A stretch of 64,000 nt of DNA from Angustibacter luteus. Lineage in GTDB: Bacteria > Actinomycetota > Actinomycetes > Actinomycetales > Angustibacteraceae. Shown here piece after piece: positions 9,911 to 19,438 of this stretch. A model generated the notes under the pieces. That model searched no databases. It saw only the letters and a program-made list of their open reading frames with translations, and was not told where the DNA came from. The stretch spans positions 682,001 through 746,000 of the forward strand of contig NZ_BAABFP010000005.1 of assembly GCF_039541115.1 (NCBI RefSeq), given 5' to 3'. The first letter of the stretch is position 1. Every line of letters starts with the position of its first letter. A program made the position numbers and the translations under genes.

Positions 9911-11044
9911 CTACTTGACTTCCTGGTCCGGCACGATCTTGCCGCCCTCGACCTTGTACGCCCAGACGGTGACGTTGGTCGGCTCGCCCTTGTCGTCGAA
10001 CTTGAGCTGCTTCGTCACGCCCGGCTGGTCGTAGGCCTTCGTGAAGGCAACCACGTCCGCACGGCTGGTCTTGCCGGCCTTGACCGCGGAGATGATGATC
10101 GTGGCCGCGTCGTACGCCTCGGCGCCGTAGGTGGCGGGGTCGGCGTTGAAGGCCTTCTTGTAGTCGGTGTAGAAGGTGCCGCCGGCCTTGTCCGGGGGCA
10201 GGCACGGGCAGGTCATGATCGTGCCCTCGGCGGCCTTGGCGCCGGCCGCCGTGATGAAGCCGTCGTCCTTCACGCCGTCGCCGACGACGAACTTGGCGTT
10301 GATGCCCGCGTCCGTCATCTGCTTCTTGAGCAGGCCGGCCTCGGCGTAGTAGCCACCGAAGAAGACCGCGTCAGCGTTGGCGGACTTGATCTTCGTGACG
10401 GTCGGACCGAAGTCGGTCTGCTTCTGCTGGATCGTGTCGGTGGCCACGACGGTGCTGCCGAGGTCGCCCTTCACGATGTCAGCCAGGCCCTTGCCGTACT
10501 CGGAGGCGTCGTCCACGACGACGACCTTCTTGGCGGTCAGCACGTCGCTGATGTACTTCGCGGCGGCCGGACCCTGCGACGCGTCGTTGCCCAGCACGCG
10601 GAAGAAGGTCTTCCAGCCGTTGGTGGACAGCGCCGGGTTGGTCGCGGAGGCGGAGATGGTCACCAGACCGGCCTCGTTGAACAGCGGGTCGGCAGCCTTG
10701 GACTCACCCGAGAAGGCGGGGCCGACGATGCCGATGACGGCCTTGTCGTCGATGGCCTTCTTGGCCAGGCCGGGGGCCTGGTCGGGGTTGCCCTGCGAGT
10801 CGTAGTCGACCAGCGTGATCTTCGTCTTGGGGTTCGTGGCGTTGTACTGGTCGATCGCCAGCTGAGCGCCCTTCTTGATGTTCTGGCCGAGGTTGGCCGC
10901 GTCACCGGTGAGTGCACCGAAGAAGCCGACCTTCACCTCCGTCGGGGCGCTGCTCGCGTCATTGTCGTCAGACGTGCCGCCGCAGGCGGTCAGAGCGAGG
11001 GCCGCGGCGACCACCGGGACGCCGAGCTTGAGGATGGAACGCAC
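9911..11044 (-). CDS. Branched-chain amino acid ABC substrate-binding lipoprotein (LivJ/LivK family)
   Basis: Lipobox LTAC, GPAFSGES, SASATNPAL; GGAGG RBS. Confidence 0.92.
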   Translation of the reverse strand: MRSILKLGVPVVAAALALTACGGTSDDNDASSAPTEVKVGFFGALTGDAANLGQNIKKGAQLAIDQYNATNPKTKITLVDYDSQGNPDQAPGLAKKAIDDKAVIGIVGPAFSGESKAADPLFNEAGLVTISASATNPALSTNGWKTFFRVLGNDASQGPAAAKYISDVLTAKKVVVVDDASEYGKGLADIVKGDLGSTVVATDTIQQKQTDFGPTVTKIKSANADAVFFGGYYAEAGLLKKQMTDAGINAKFVVGDGVKDDGFITAAGAKAAEGTIMTCPCLPPDKAGGTFYTDYKKAFNADPATYGAEAYDAATIIISAVKAGKTSRADVVAFTKAYDQPGVTKQLKFDDKGEPTNVTVWAYKVEGGKIVPDQEVK

Positions 11045-11182
11045 GCGTGGTCCTCCAATTCCAGGGACTGCGACGACGTGCCGCAGCCGGTGGGTGTTAC
11101 CCGCGATGGGGTGCCCCGAACCCTAGACCCTGGAATCGGCAGAACCCAGCACCGCAACCGACGCGTGACTATCTCGTGATCT

Positions 11183-11198
11183 ACTGACGATCGTCAGT
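11183..11198. promoter_or_regulatory. Perfect 16-bp palindrome upstream of the liv operon
   Basis: ACTGACGATCGTCAGT, intergenic. Confidence 0.4.
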
Positions 11199-11226
11199 CG
11201 GACGACGTCCGGCGGCACGAACGAAC

Positions 11227-11829
11227 CTAGTCCGCCATTCCGGACACGACCGCGTCGGCGACCTCCCGCATGCTCAGCCGACGGTCCATCGAGGTCTTCT
11301 GGATCCAGCGGAACGCCTCGGGTTCGCTCAGCCCGAGCTTCTTCATCAGGACGCCCTTCGCGCGGTCCGTGCGCTTGCGGGTCTCGAAGCGCTCCCCCAG
11401 GTCGGCGACCTCGGCCTCCAGCGCGCGAAGCTCGGCGTACCGCGAGACGGCGATCTCGATCGCGGGCAGCAGGTCGGCCTTCGTGAACGGCTTGACGACG
11501 TAGGCCATGGCCCCGGCATCACGGGCCCGCTCGACCAGCTCGGTCTGCGAGAAGGCGGTCAGCATGACGGTGGCGCCGAGCTTCTCCCGGCCGATGTGCT
11601 CGGCCGCGGACAGCCCGTCCATCACCGGCATCTTCACGTCCAGGACGACGACGTCGGGCTGCAGCTCTCGGGCGAGCGCGACCGCCTGCTCACCGTCGCC
11701 GGCCTCGCCGACGACGTCGAACCCCTCCTCGCGCAGCATCTCGACGAGGTCCAGACGGATCAGGGCCTCGTCCTCGGCGACGACGACGCGGCGACCGCTG
11801 GGCGCGGCGGGGTGAGGGGTGGCGACCAT
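11227..11829 (-). CDS. pdtaR: ANTAR-domain response regulator (PdtaR-like)
   Basis: Receiver domain (AEDEALIR, LDVKMP) plus ANTAR (RAKGVLM...EPEAFRWIQKTSMDRR); TAGACT -10 lies 7 nt before the ATG. Confidence 0.9.
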   Translation of the reverse strand: MVATPHPAAPSGRRVVVAEDEALIRLDLVEMLREEGFDVVGEAGDGEQAVALARELQPDVVVLDVKMPVMDGLSAAEHIGREKLGATVMLTAFSQTELVERARDAGAMAYVVKPFTKADLLPAIEIAVSRYAELRALEAEVADLGERFETRKRTDRAKGVLMKKLGLSEPEAFRWIQKTSMDRRLSMREVADAVVSGMAD

Positions 11830-11889
11830 GCGCGCCAGTCTACGGATGGCCCGTTACGCTGACGTTGCGCGGCCCCGGGGCCGCGCATG

Positions 11890-11972
11890 GCCGGGTTGGC
11901 GGAAGGGCAGACGCGGCGCACTCAAAATGCGCTGTCCGAGAGGGCGTGCGGGTTCGAATCCCGCACCCGGCA
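11890..11972 (+). tRNA. tRNA-Leu (CAA), CCA not encoded
   Basis: Acceptor GCCGGGT/ACCCGGC+A, anticodon arm GCGCA-CTCAAAA-TGCGC, long variable arm, T-loop GGTTCGAATCC. Confidence 0.95.
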
Positions 11973-12007
11973 CGAGGTTCTCACGAGGTGGGGCTGGGCG
12001 CGGAGGA

Positions 12008-13474
12008 CTACCGGCGGCGCTTCTCGCGCACCCGGACGCTGACCTCGATCGGCGTCCCGGTGAAACCGAAGGTCTCCCGCAGGCGCCGCTCGATGAACCT
12101 GCGGTAGCCGGCTTCGAGGAAGCCGCTGGCGAACACCACAAACCGCGGCGGCCGGGTGGCGGCCTGGGTCGCGAAGAGAACGCGTGGCTGCTTGCCGCCC
12201 CGCAGCGGGTGCGGGTGCGCGGCGACGAGCTCGCCCATGAACGAGTTCAGCCGCCCCGTCGACACCCGGGTGTCCCAGGACTCCAGCGCTTGGTCCAGCG
12301 CCGGCACGAGCCGGTCCAGGTGCCGGCCGGTCCGCGCAGAGATGTTGACCCTCGGCGCCCAGGGCACCTGGACGAGATCCTGCTCGATCTCGCGCTCGAG
12401 GTAGTAGCGACGCTCCTCGTCGACCGTGTCCCACTTGTTGTAGGCGATCACCAGGGCCCGACCGGCGTCGATGACCTGCTGGACCACCCGGACGTCCTGC
12501 TCCGTGATCGGGGTGCCCGCGTCCATCAGGACGACGGCGACCTCGGCCTTCTCCAGTGCGGTCTGGGTGCGCAGCGAGGCGTAGAAGTCGGCCCCGCGGG
12601 TCTGGTGCACCCGCCGGCGGATACCCGCGGTGTCCACGAACCGCCAGGTCCGCCCGGCCAGCTCGACCATCTCGTCGACCGGGTCGCGCGTCGTGCCGGC
12701 GACCTCGTCCACGACGACCCGCTCCGAGCCGACGGCCTTGTTCAGCAGGCTGGACTTGCCGACGTTCGGGCGACCCACCAGGGCCACTCGCCGCGGTCCG
12801 CCGGGGGCGTACCCCCCGCCCACCTGGGAGATCGGCGGCAGGACGGCGAGCGCCGCGTCGAGCATGTCGCCGCTCCCCCGTCCGTGCAGGGCGGAGACCG
12901 GGTGCGGCTCGCCCAGCCCCAACGACCAGAGCATCGCCGCGTCCGCCTCGGTGCGGGCGTCGTCCACCTTGTTCGCGGCGAGCACCACAGGCTTGCCGGA
13001 GCGGCGCAGCACCTTGACGACGGCCTCGTCGGTGTCGGTGGCGCCGACCGTCGCGTCGACCACGAACAGCACGGCGTCGGCGAGCTCGATGGCGATCTCG
13101 GCCTGCTCCGCGACGCGCAGGTGCAGACCTTTCGCGTCCCGCTCCCAGCCGCCGGTGTCGACGAGCACGAACCGACGTCCGGCCCAGTCGGCCTCGTAGG
13201 TGACGCGGTCGCGGGTCACGCCCGGGACGTCCTCGACGACCGCCTCGCGCCGACCCAGGATCCGGTTCACCAGGGTCGACTTGCCGACGTTCGGCCGGCC
13301 GATGACGGCCAGCACCGGCAACGGTCCTTCGTCGACCAGGGCGTCGAGGTCGTCCTCGGAGCGGCCGAGGAGCGCGACGTCCTCGTCACTGAGGTCGTAG
13401 TCCTCGAGCCCTGCTCGCAGGCCCTCGGCGACGCTGCCGTCCTCGGGGCCGAGCTCGCCGTCGGTGTCGGTCAT
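12008..13474 (-). CDS. der: Ribosome biogenesis GTPase Der (EngA)
   Basis: Two GTPase domains (GRPNVGKS twice, DTGG/DTAG, NKVD/NKWD). Confidence 0.96.
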   Translation of the reverse strand: MTDTDGELGPEDGSVAEGLRAGLEDYDLSDEDVALLGRSEDDLDALVDEGPLPVLAVIGRPNVGKSTLVNRILGRREAVVEDVPGVTRDRVTYEADWAGRRFVLVDTGGWERDAKGLHLRVAEQAEIAIELADAVLFVVDATVGATDTDEAVVKVLRRSGKPVVLAANKVDDARTEADAAMLWSLGLGEPHPVSALHGRGSGDMLDAALAVLPPISQVGGGYAPGGPRRVALVGRPNVGKSSLLNKAVGSERVVVDEVAGTTRDPVDEMVELAGRTWRFVDTAGIRRRVHQTRGADFYASLRTQTALEKAEVAVVLMDAGTPITEQDVRVVQQVIDAGRALVIAYNKWDTVDEERRYYLEREIEQDLVQVPWAPRVNISARTGRHLDRLVPALDQALESWDTRVSTGRLNSFMGELVAAHPHPLRGGKQPRVLFATQAATRPPRFVVFASGFLEAGYRRFIERRLRETFGFTGTPIEVSVRVREKRRR

Positions 13475-14172
13475 GAGGCACCTTCCAGACCCGCCGTGGG
13501 CGGGTCCTCGTAGAGGGGGATTCCCGTGCGCTCCGAGCTGGAGCGTACGTGGCGGGCCATCACGAGCCGCAGCTGCTCGGTGAGCTCGCGGCTGGCGGCC
13601 CGCCGCGACAGACCCGGGGGCGCGACGAGGTGCACCGGCTCACCGAACACGACCGCCACCCGGTGCCCGGGCAGCGGTGGCCGTCCGATCGAGGCGCCGC
13701 GACTGCGGGTGCCGAGGCAGGCCACCGGCACGACGGGCGCGCCGCTGGCCATGGCCAGCCACGTGATGCCCTCCCGGACCGCCGCGACGTCGCCCAGTCC
13801 GCGAGCACCTTCGGGGAAGACCCCGACCACCCGGCCGTCCCGCAGGGCCGCCAGCGCGGTCTGCAGGGCGAGCCGGTCGATGCTGTCCCGGTTGATCGGG
13901 ATCTGCCCGCAGTGCTCCAGGACCCACCCGGCCGGGCCGTGGAAGAACTCCTTCTTGACCAGGAAGTGCGTCGGGCGCGGCGCGAGGCCGTAGACGAGCG
14001 GACCGTCCAGGATCCCGGTGTGGTTGGAGGCCAGCAGCACGGGGCCGCTGGTCGGTACGTGCTCGCCCCCCACGACGCTCGACCGGTACAGCGTGTGGAA
14101 CAGGCCCTGCCCGACCCGGCGACCACCGGCGGCACGGCGGGCGGACGGCGCGACGACGTCCGTCGCGCTCAC
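13471..14172 (-). CDS. Lysophospholipid (PlsC-like) acyltransferase
   Basis: NHTGILD (HX4D) and FPEG motifs. Confidence 0.9.
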   Translation of the reverse strand: MSATDVVAPSARRAAGGRRVGQGLFHTLYRSSVVGGEHVPTSGPVLLASNHTGILDGPLVYGLAPRPTHFLVKKEFFHGPAGWVLEHCGQIPINRDSIDRLALQTALAALRDGRVVGVFPEGARGLGDVAAVREGITWLAMASGAPVVPVACLGTRSRGASIGRPPLPGHRVAVVFGEPVHLVAPPGLSRRAASRELTEQLRLVMARHVRSSSERTGIPLYEDPPTAGLEGAS

Positions 14173-14879
14173 CTCGACTCCACGGCGGGCTCTCGTCCGG
14201 TGACCCGGGTGACGAGCGCGCTGAGGGCGTCGACGACCTCCTCGAACCCCATCGCAGACGAGTCGATCGTGTGCACGCCGTCGGCCGCGGTCACGAACTG
14301 GGAGACGGTCGAGTCGTCGCGGTCCCGTCGGACCACCTGGTCACGGGTCGACTCGACGGCGTCCTGCTCCGCGTGTCCGTGCAGCTCACGGGTACGCCGC
14401 TCGAGCCTGGCCTGCTCGGTGGCGGTGAGCAGGACACGCACGTCCGCATCCGGTGCGACGACCGTGGTGATGTCGCGGCCCTCGGCGACGACGCCGGCCT
14501 CGGCCTCGCCGATCAGCCGACGCTGCAGGTCGCGCATCCGGGCGCGCACGTCCAGGTTGGTGGCGACCGCGCTGACCCGCTCGCTGACCCGGGTCTGCCG
14601 GATCGGCTCGCCGACGTCCACCGCGCCGACGAAGACGCTCGGGGCGGCGGGGTCGGTGCCCATGACGAGCGGCATCGCGTCCATGGCGCGGACGACGGCC
14701 CCCTGGTCGGCGAGGTCGACCGCCTGGTCCAGGCACCACCAGGTCAGCGCGCGGTACATGGCGCCCGTATCCAGGTAGCGCAGGCCGAACCGGCGCGCGA
14801 CGGCGCGCGAGACGCTGGACTTGCCGGAACCGCTGGGCCCGTCGACGGCGACGACGAGGGCGGGCACGGACGTGGGCAC
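14169..14879 (-). CDS. cmk: Cytidylate kinase
   Basis: DGPSGSGKS, LDTGAMYR, EGRDI; start at the GTG following AAGGAG. Confidence 0.94.
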   Translation of the reverse strand: MPTSVPALVVAVDGPSGSGKSSVSRAVARRFGLRYLDTGAMYRALTWWCLDQAVDLADQGAVVRAMDAMPLVMGTDPAAPSVFVGAVDVGEPIRQTRVSERVSAVATNLDVRARMRDLQRRLIGEAEAGVVAEGRDITTVVAPDADVRVLLTATEQARLERRTRELHGHAEQDAVESTRDQVVRRDRDDSTVSQFVTAADGVHTIDSSAMGFEEVVDALSALVTRVTGREPAVESR

Positions 14880-14928
14880 GCGAGAACTCCTTGACATACG
14901 ACTGGGAGGAACTCAGCGTAGTCGAGGA

Positions 14929-16023
14929 TCAGGCGTGCACGCTCCAGCCCTGCTGACGCAGAGCGGTGACGAGGGTCTGCGCCGCGGCCGGCAGGACGTC
15001 GATCTCGGCCAGGCCCACCGGGCGGCCTTCGCTGTGCTCGATGCGCAGGTCCTCCAGGTTCACGCCCGCGTCTCCGACGTCGCGCAGCAGCCGGGCGAGC
15101 TCGCCCGGGCGGTCCGGCACGATGACCGGCACCGCGACGTACACCGTGGGAGCGCTGCCGTGCTTGCCGGGGATCCGGGCGTGTCCCTCGTTGCCTGCCG
15201 CGACGAACCCGGCCACGGTCGCGCGGGCGCCGAGCGCGTCGTCCGGGCGGGCGCCGAGGGCGTCCACCGCCGCGAGCACCGCGTCGAGGTCGTCCCGCAG
15301 CGCGTGCAGGGCACGGGCCACGGCGCCGGCGTTCCCGGCGAGGATCTGCGTCCACAGGTGCGGGTCGCTCGCCGCGATCCTGGTCACGTCCCGCACGCCC
15401 TGCCCGGCCAGCCCCACGGCCTGCTCCGACGCGGTCCGCAGCCGAGCGGCGACGAGGCTGGCGGCCACCTGCGGTACGTGCGAGATGATCGCGACCGCCT
15501 CGTCGTGCTCGCGGGCGTCCATCACCGACACGGTGGCGCCGAGCAGCTGGGCGGTGGCACGGACCTGCTCGAGCGCGGCCGGGGACGTCTCCGCGGTGGG
15601 CGTGAGCACCCAGGGCCGACCAGTGAAGAGGTCGGCTCGGGCCGCGACGGCTCCGGACCGTTCCCGGCCGGCCAGCGGATGGCCGCCGACATACCGGCTC
15701 AGGTCGACGCCGAGGGTGTGCAGCCGTTGCAGCGGAAGGGACTTGACGCTGGCCACGTCGGTCACGACGGCATCCGGGTGGGCCGCCAGCTCCGCGGCCA
15801 CGACGTCCGCGACCACGTCCGGTGGCGCCGCAACCACGACGAGATCGCACCCGGCGTCCGGGTCGATCCGTCCCGCGCCGAGGTCACGAGCCAGCGCGAC
15901 GGCGCTGGGCGAGGGGTCCGCGAGGGTGACGTCGATGCCGTGCCCGGTCAGGGCGAGGCCGACGCTGGTGCCCACCAGCCCGGTCCCGACCACCCGCACC
16001 GACGTGACGTGCGAGCCGGTCAC
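14929..16023 (-). CDS. tyrA: Prephenate dehydrogenase with C-terminal ACT domain
   Basis: GTGLVG, DVASVK, GHPLAGRE, SHVPQ, PDRPGELA; GTGA overlap with aroH. Confidence 0.9.
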   Translation of the reverse strand: MTGSHVTSVRVVGTGLVGTSVGLALTGHGIDVTLADPSPSAVALARDLGAGRIDPDAGCDLVVVAAPPDVVADVVAAELAAHPDAVVTDVASVKSLPLQRLHTLGVDLSRYVGGHPLAGRERSGAVAARADLFTGRPWVLTPTAETSPAALEQVRATAQLLGATVSVMDAREHDEAVAIISHVPQVAASLVAARLRTASEQAVGLAGQGVRDVTRIAASDPHLWTQILAGNAGAVARALHALRDDLDAVLAAVDALGARPDDALGARATVAGFVAAGNEGHARIPGKHGSAPTVYVAVPVIVPDRPGELARLLRDVGDAGVNLEDLRIEHSEGRPVGLAEIDVLPAAAQTLVTALRQQGWSVHA

Positions 16024-16382
16024 TGGGCGATGTCCAGCCGCAGGGACGTCGCGCCACGCAGGTACACGTGCTGCACCTGCTTGCGGGGGACGTCCATCTC
16101 GGCGTGCGCCATCAGCCGCACCACCCGCGGCAAGGCACCTGGGACGTCGATCTCCACCGTGCACAGCAGCGGGACCTCCCCCAGCCCGAGCTCGCGCGCC
16201 GCGACGGCCGGGAACTCCGAGCGCAGGTCCGCCGTGACGGTGAAGACGATGGAGATCAGGTCGTCCGCGGTGAGGTAGTTGGCGGCCATCACGGCGGCCA
16301 CCAGCTCGCGGGTCGAGGAGAGCAGGTGGTCACGCTCGTCGCGGTCGAGCTGGATCGCCCCGCGGATCGCACGAACCGCCAT
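16020..16382 (-). CDS. aroH: Chorismate mutase, AroH class
   Basis: VRAIRGA, FPAVAAR, HVYLRGA..LRLD. Confidence 0.92.
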   Translation of the reverse strand: MAVRAIRGAIQLDRDERDHLLSSTRELVAAVMAANYLTADDLISIVFTVTADLRSEFPAVAARELGLGEVPLLCTVEIDVPGALPRVVRLMAHAEMDVPRKQVQHVYLRGATSLRLDIAQ

Positions 16383-16384
16383 GC

Positions 16385-17341
16385 TCAGAGCCCCACCGCG
16401 CTGAACAGCTGGGCGACCTCGGTCCGGGTCAGCACGCGCCAGCGGCCCTGCCGCAGGTCCCCGAGGTGCACCGGACCGACCTGCACGCGGACCAGCCGCT
16501 CGACCGGGTAGCCCACCTCTTCGAGACCTCGGCGCACGATGTGCTTGCGGCCCTCGTGCAGCACGACCTCGACGAGCGCCTTACCCGGCTGGGAGTCGAT
16601 CAACCGGAAGCTGTCGAACCTGACGGGTCCGTCCTCGAGCTCGACGCCCTCGCGCAGCCGCTTGCCGACGTCGCGGGCCACGGGACCCGGCACCTCGGCG
16701 AGGTACGTCTTCGGCACGCCGTACCCGGGGTGCTGCAACCGGTGCGCGAGCTCGCCGTCGTTCGTGAGCAGGATCAGACCCTCGGTCTCGGAGTCGAGCC
16801 GGCCGACGTGGAAGAGCCGCTCCGGCCGCTCCGCCATGAAGTCACCGAGGGAGACCCGGCCCAGGTCGTCGCTCATCGAGGAGACCACGCCGGCCGGCTT
16901 GTTGAAGGCCAGGTAGAGCTTGTCCTCGTCGACCTGCACCCGGACGCCGTCCACGTGCACGACCTGGCGCACCGGATCGATCCGGACGCCCTGCTCGACC
17001 ACGATGTGCCCGTCGACCTGTACGCGGCCGGCGGCGATCATCGCCTCGCAGGCCCGGCGGCTGCCGACCCCGGCCTGCGCCAGCACCTTCTGCAGCCGCA
17101 TGCCGTCCTCGACGTGGACGTCGGCGGGGACCGCGGGCACCGGCGCGTGGCCGCGCTTCGGCCGGGTCGGACGCGGCTTGGCACCCTTGGCCGGCTTGCC
17201 CTTGCCGGCCGGCTTGCCCTTGCCGACCGGCTTGCCCTTGCCGGCCGGCTTGCCCTTACCGACCGGCTTGCCCTTACCGACCGGCTTGCCCTTGCCGGTG
17301 GGCTTGCCCGGCCCGCTGCGCCGCGGCCCCTCGCCACTCAT
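16385..17341 (-). CDS. rluB: rRNA pseudouridine synthase (RluB/RsuA family) with basic repeat N-terminus
   Basis: S4 domain RLQKVLAQAGVGSRR; catalytic VGRLD; EGRKHIVRR. Confidence 0.9.
   Translation of the reverse strand: MSGEGPRRSGPGKPTGKGKPVGKGKPVGKGKPAGKGKPVGKGKPAGKGKPAKGAKPRPTRPKRGHAPVPAVPADVHVEDGMRLQKVLAQAGVGSRRACEAMIAAGRVQVDGHIVVEQGVRIDPVRQVVHVDGVRVQVDEDKLYLAFNKPAGVVSSMSDDLGRVSLGDFMAERPERLFHVGRLDSETEGLILLTNDGELAHRLQHPGYGVPKTYLAEVPGPVARDVGKRLREGVELEDGPVRFDSFRLIDSQPGKALVEVVLHEGRKHIVRRGLEEVGYPVERLVRVQVGPVHLGDLRQGRWRVLTRTEVAQLFSAVGL
17191..17309. repeat. 18-bp in-frame tandem repeat, 6 copies plus a partial (GKGKP[VA])
   Basis: Unit CCGGCTTGCCCTT(G/A)CCG(G/A) starting at 17191, 17209, 17227, 17245, 17263 and 17281. 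Confidence 0.9.
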
Positions 17342-17982
17342 CGGGACACTCCCTCGGACAGCTCGTCCAGGACGTCGATCTCGGGCAGGTAGGGAGCCAG
17401 CGCCGGCAGCTCGTCGAGGGACGTGAGGCCGAGCCGTTCCAGGAACGTCGAGGTGGTCACGTACAGGATCGCGCCGCTCTCGCCGTCCGTCCCGCCCTCC
17501 TCGACCAGCCCGCGGCTGACCAGCGTGCGCATCACGCCGTCCACGTTGACGCCACGGACGTTGCTGACCCGAGCGCGCGAGACCGGCTGCCGGTAGGCGA
17601 CCACCGCCAACGTCTCCAGCGCCGCCTGGGTGAGCCGCGCCTGCTGGCCGCCGACGACGAAGCGCTCGATGACCGGGGCGTAGTCCGCGCGGCTGAACAC
17701 GCGCCAGCCACCGGCGACCTCGCGCAGCTCGAAACCGCGCTGCTGCTCGTCGTACTCCGCGGCCAGGCCGCGGACGAGCTCGGCGACCTCCGCGGGGGGC
17801 AGGCCGAGGGCTTGCGCGAGCGTGATCTCGGCGATCGGCTCGTCCACCACCATCAGCAACGCCTCGAGCGCGCCACGAGCACCGGACGGCAGGTCGTCGA
17901 GCACCAGCTCTGCGGGCTCCGGGTCGGCGACCGCGGCCGGTTCAGGCTGGTCGGCTGCGCCGTCGAGCGGAAGGTCCGTCAT
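17338..17982 (-). CDS. scpB: SMC-Scp complex subunit ScpB
   Basis: LEALL, AALETLAVVAYRQP, RGVN, FLERLGL..LDELP. Confidence 0.93.
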   Translation of the reverse strand: MTDLPLDGAADQPEPAAVADPEPAELVLDDLPSGARGALEALLMVVDEPIAEITLAQALGLPPAEVAELVRGLAAEYDEQQRGFELREVAGGWRVFSRADYAPVIERFVVGGQQARLTQAALETLAVVAYRQPVSRARVSNVRGVNVDGVMRTLVSRGLVEEGGTDGESGAILYVTTSTFLERLGLTSLDELPALAPYLPEIDVLDELSEGVSR

Positions 17983-18018
17983 GGTCGCCGAGTCTAGTGG
18001 CGTCGGCGCGGGCTCAGG

Positions 18019-19401
18019 TCAGCGGAGCCGCACCGCCCGCACCGTGGACGCGCTCGGCCGGTTCGCGTAGGAGCCGGCGAACACCGCGCGGTAGCTCACC
18101 GCCACCCGCGGACGGACCGTCAGTGCGAAGCGAGCGGCCTTCGCCGACGTGGTGACGGCGCGGACCACCGTCCACGGACCGGCGCCCACCCGCTGGTAGA
18201 CCACGACGCGCTTGCCCGGCAACGGGGCGCCGTTCACTGCCCGGGTCAGCCGGCCGGACAGGGTCACGGCGCTTCCCTTGCGCACCCGGATCGCGCTCGT
18301 GCCGAGAGTCGTGCTGACCACGGCCCGGTCGCGGATGGTGTGGCTGCGTGGGTACGACCAGGACGCCGCGAACTGGGTGCCGCCCGAGTAGCGGACCTTG
18401 TACGTCGCGGCCGTGGTGGGCTGGCGGGTGAAGCCGTACCAGGCGGTGACGGACGAGGTGCGCGTGCTCGCCACGAGTGCCCAGGGTCCGGCGCCGACCC
18501 GGCGGTAGAGCCGCACGGTCGCACCGGTGACCGGCGTCCCGGCGGACGTACGCAGGTAGCCCGAGATCCGCCAGGCCGACCCCCGGTATGCCGTGCTGCT
18601 GGTGGTGGCGGTGGTCGGGTGGGTGCCGAGGTGGGCGAAGGCCCGCAGCTGGGCGGCGCTCCCGTTGAACACGTTGAGGTCGACGTCACCGCTGATCCCG
18701 GCGACCCGGCCGGTCGCCGAGTACTGGTGCACCGCGTACGTGGGCCAGCCGCCGGGCACCGAGGGCGTGGCCGTCCAGTTCGCGATCCACAACGGGTAGG
18801 CGTGGAACGCGTTGCTGTCGGCCATAGCACTGCGCCAGAAGGAGGGGTAGGTGTAGATCATCGGCTGGCGGCCGGTCAGCGAGCGCACCGTGGTCAGCCA
18901 GGTTCGCGTCCAGGTGGCCAGCTGGGCGGGCTTGAGCCCACCGGACGTCTCCAGGTCGAGGACGGGCGGCAGGTCGCCGGCGTCCTGCATGCGGCCGACG
19001 ATCGAGACGAAGACGCGGGCGTCGCGCGCTGCCGATCCGGCCACCGCACTCGGGATCGCGTAGTGGTAGGCGCCCCGGTAGATGCCCGCGGTGACGGCTC
19101 CGCGCCAGTTGCGGTCGAAGCACGCGTCCTGCGCGGTGACAGCCGCCTTGGTCCGGGTCGCGCGGATGAAGACGAAGCTGCGGGTCGTCGCCGACACCTT
19201 CGACCAGTCGATGCCCTGAGCGGCGCAGCTGTCCGAGGCCCCGGCGCTCTGCCAGCGGGAGACGTCGATGCCGAGGGGGCGGCTGGTGGCCGCGGACGCC
19301 GGGACGGCGAGCCCGGCCAGCGCGGTCGCTGCGGCGGCGAGCACGACCGCGGTGAGGGTCAGCGGACGGGCACGGCGCAGGGCGGCGAGGTGTCGGGGCA
19401 C
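18019..19401 (-). CDS. Secreted GH25 muramidase (lysozyme) with C-terminal basic beta-rich repeats
   Basis: Signal peptide, GIDVSRWQ, GAYHY, LPPVLDLE, LWIANW, QYS, VDLN. Confidence 0.88.
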   Translation of the reverse strand: MPRHLAALRRARPLTLTAVVLAAAATALAGLAVPASAATSRPLGIDVSRWQSAGASDSCAAQGIDWSKVSATTRSFVFIRATRTKAAVTAQDACFDRNWRGAVTAGIYRGAYHYAIPSAVAGSAARDARVFVSIVGRMQDAGDLPPVLDLETSGGLKPAQLATWTRTWLTTVRSLTGRQPMIYTYPSFWRSAMADSNAFHAYPLWIANWTATPSVPGGWPTYAVHQYSATGRVAGISGDVDLNVFNGSAAQLRAFAHLGTHPTTATTSSTAYRGSAWRISGYLRTSAGTPVTGATVRLYRRVGAGPWALVASTRTSSVTAWYGFTRQPTTAATYKVRYSGGTQFAASWSYPRSHTIRDRAVVSTTLGTSAIRVRKGSAVTLSGRLTRAVNGAPLPGKRVVVYQRVGAGPWTVVRAVTTSAKAARFALTVRPRVAVSYRAVFAGSYANRPSASTVRAVRLR

Positions 19402-19438
19402 ACCAACCCCGTCGGCGTGCGCCGGGACGACCTGAGGC

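Noticed and set aside
11890..12007. tRNA-Leu as an integration site
   Set aside because: der ends 35 bp downstream, and I saw no duplicated tRNA 3' end or integrase.
17191..17309. Possible CRISPR array
   Set aside because: Contiguous in-frame 18-bp units without spacers; no cas genes.
18019..19401. GH25 as a phage endolysin
   Set aside because: It has a signal peptide and host-like codon usage, with no holin or phage neighbours.
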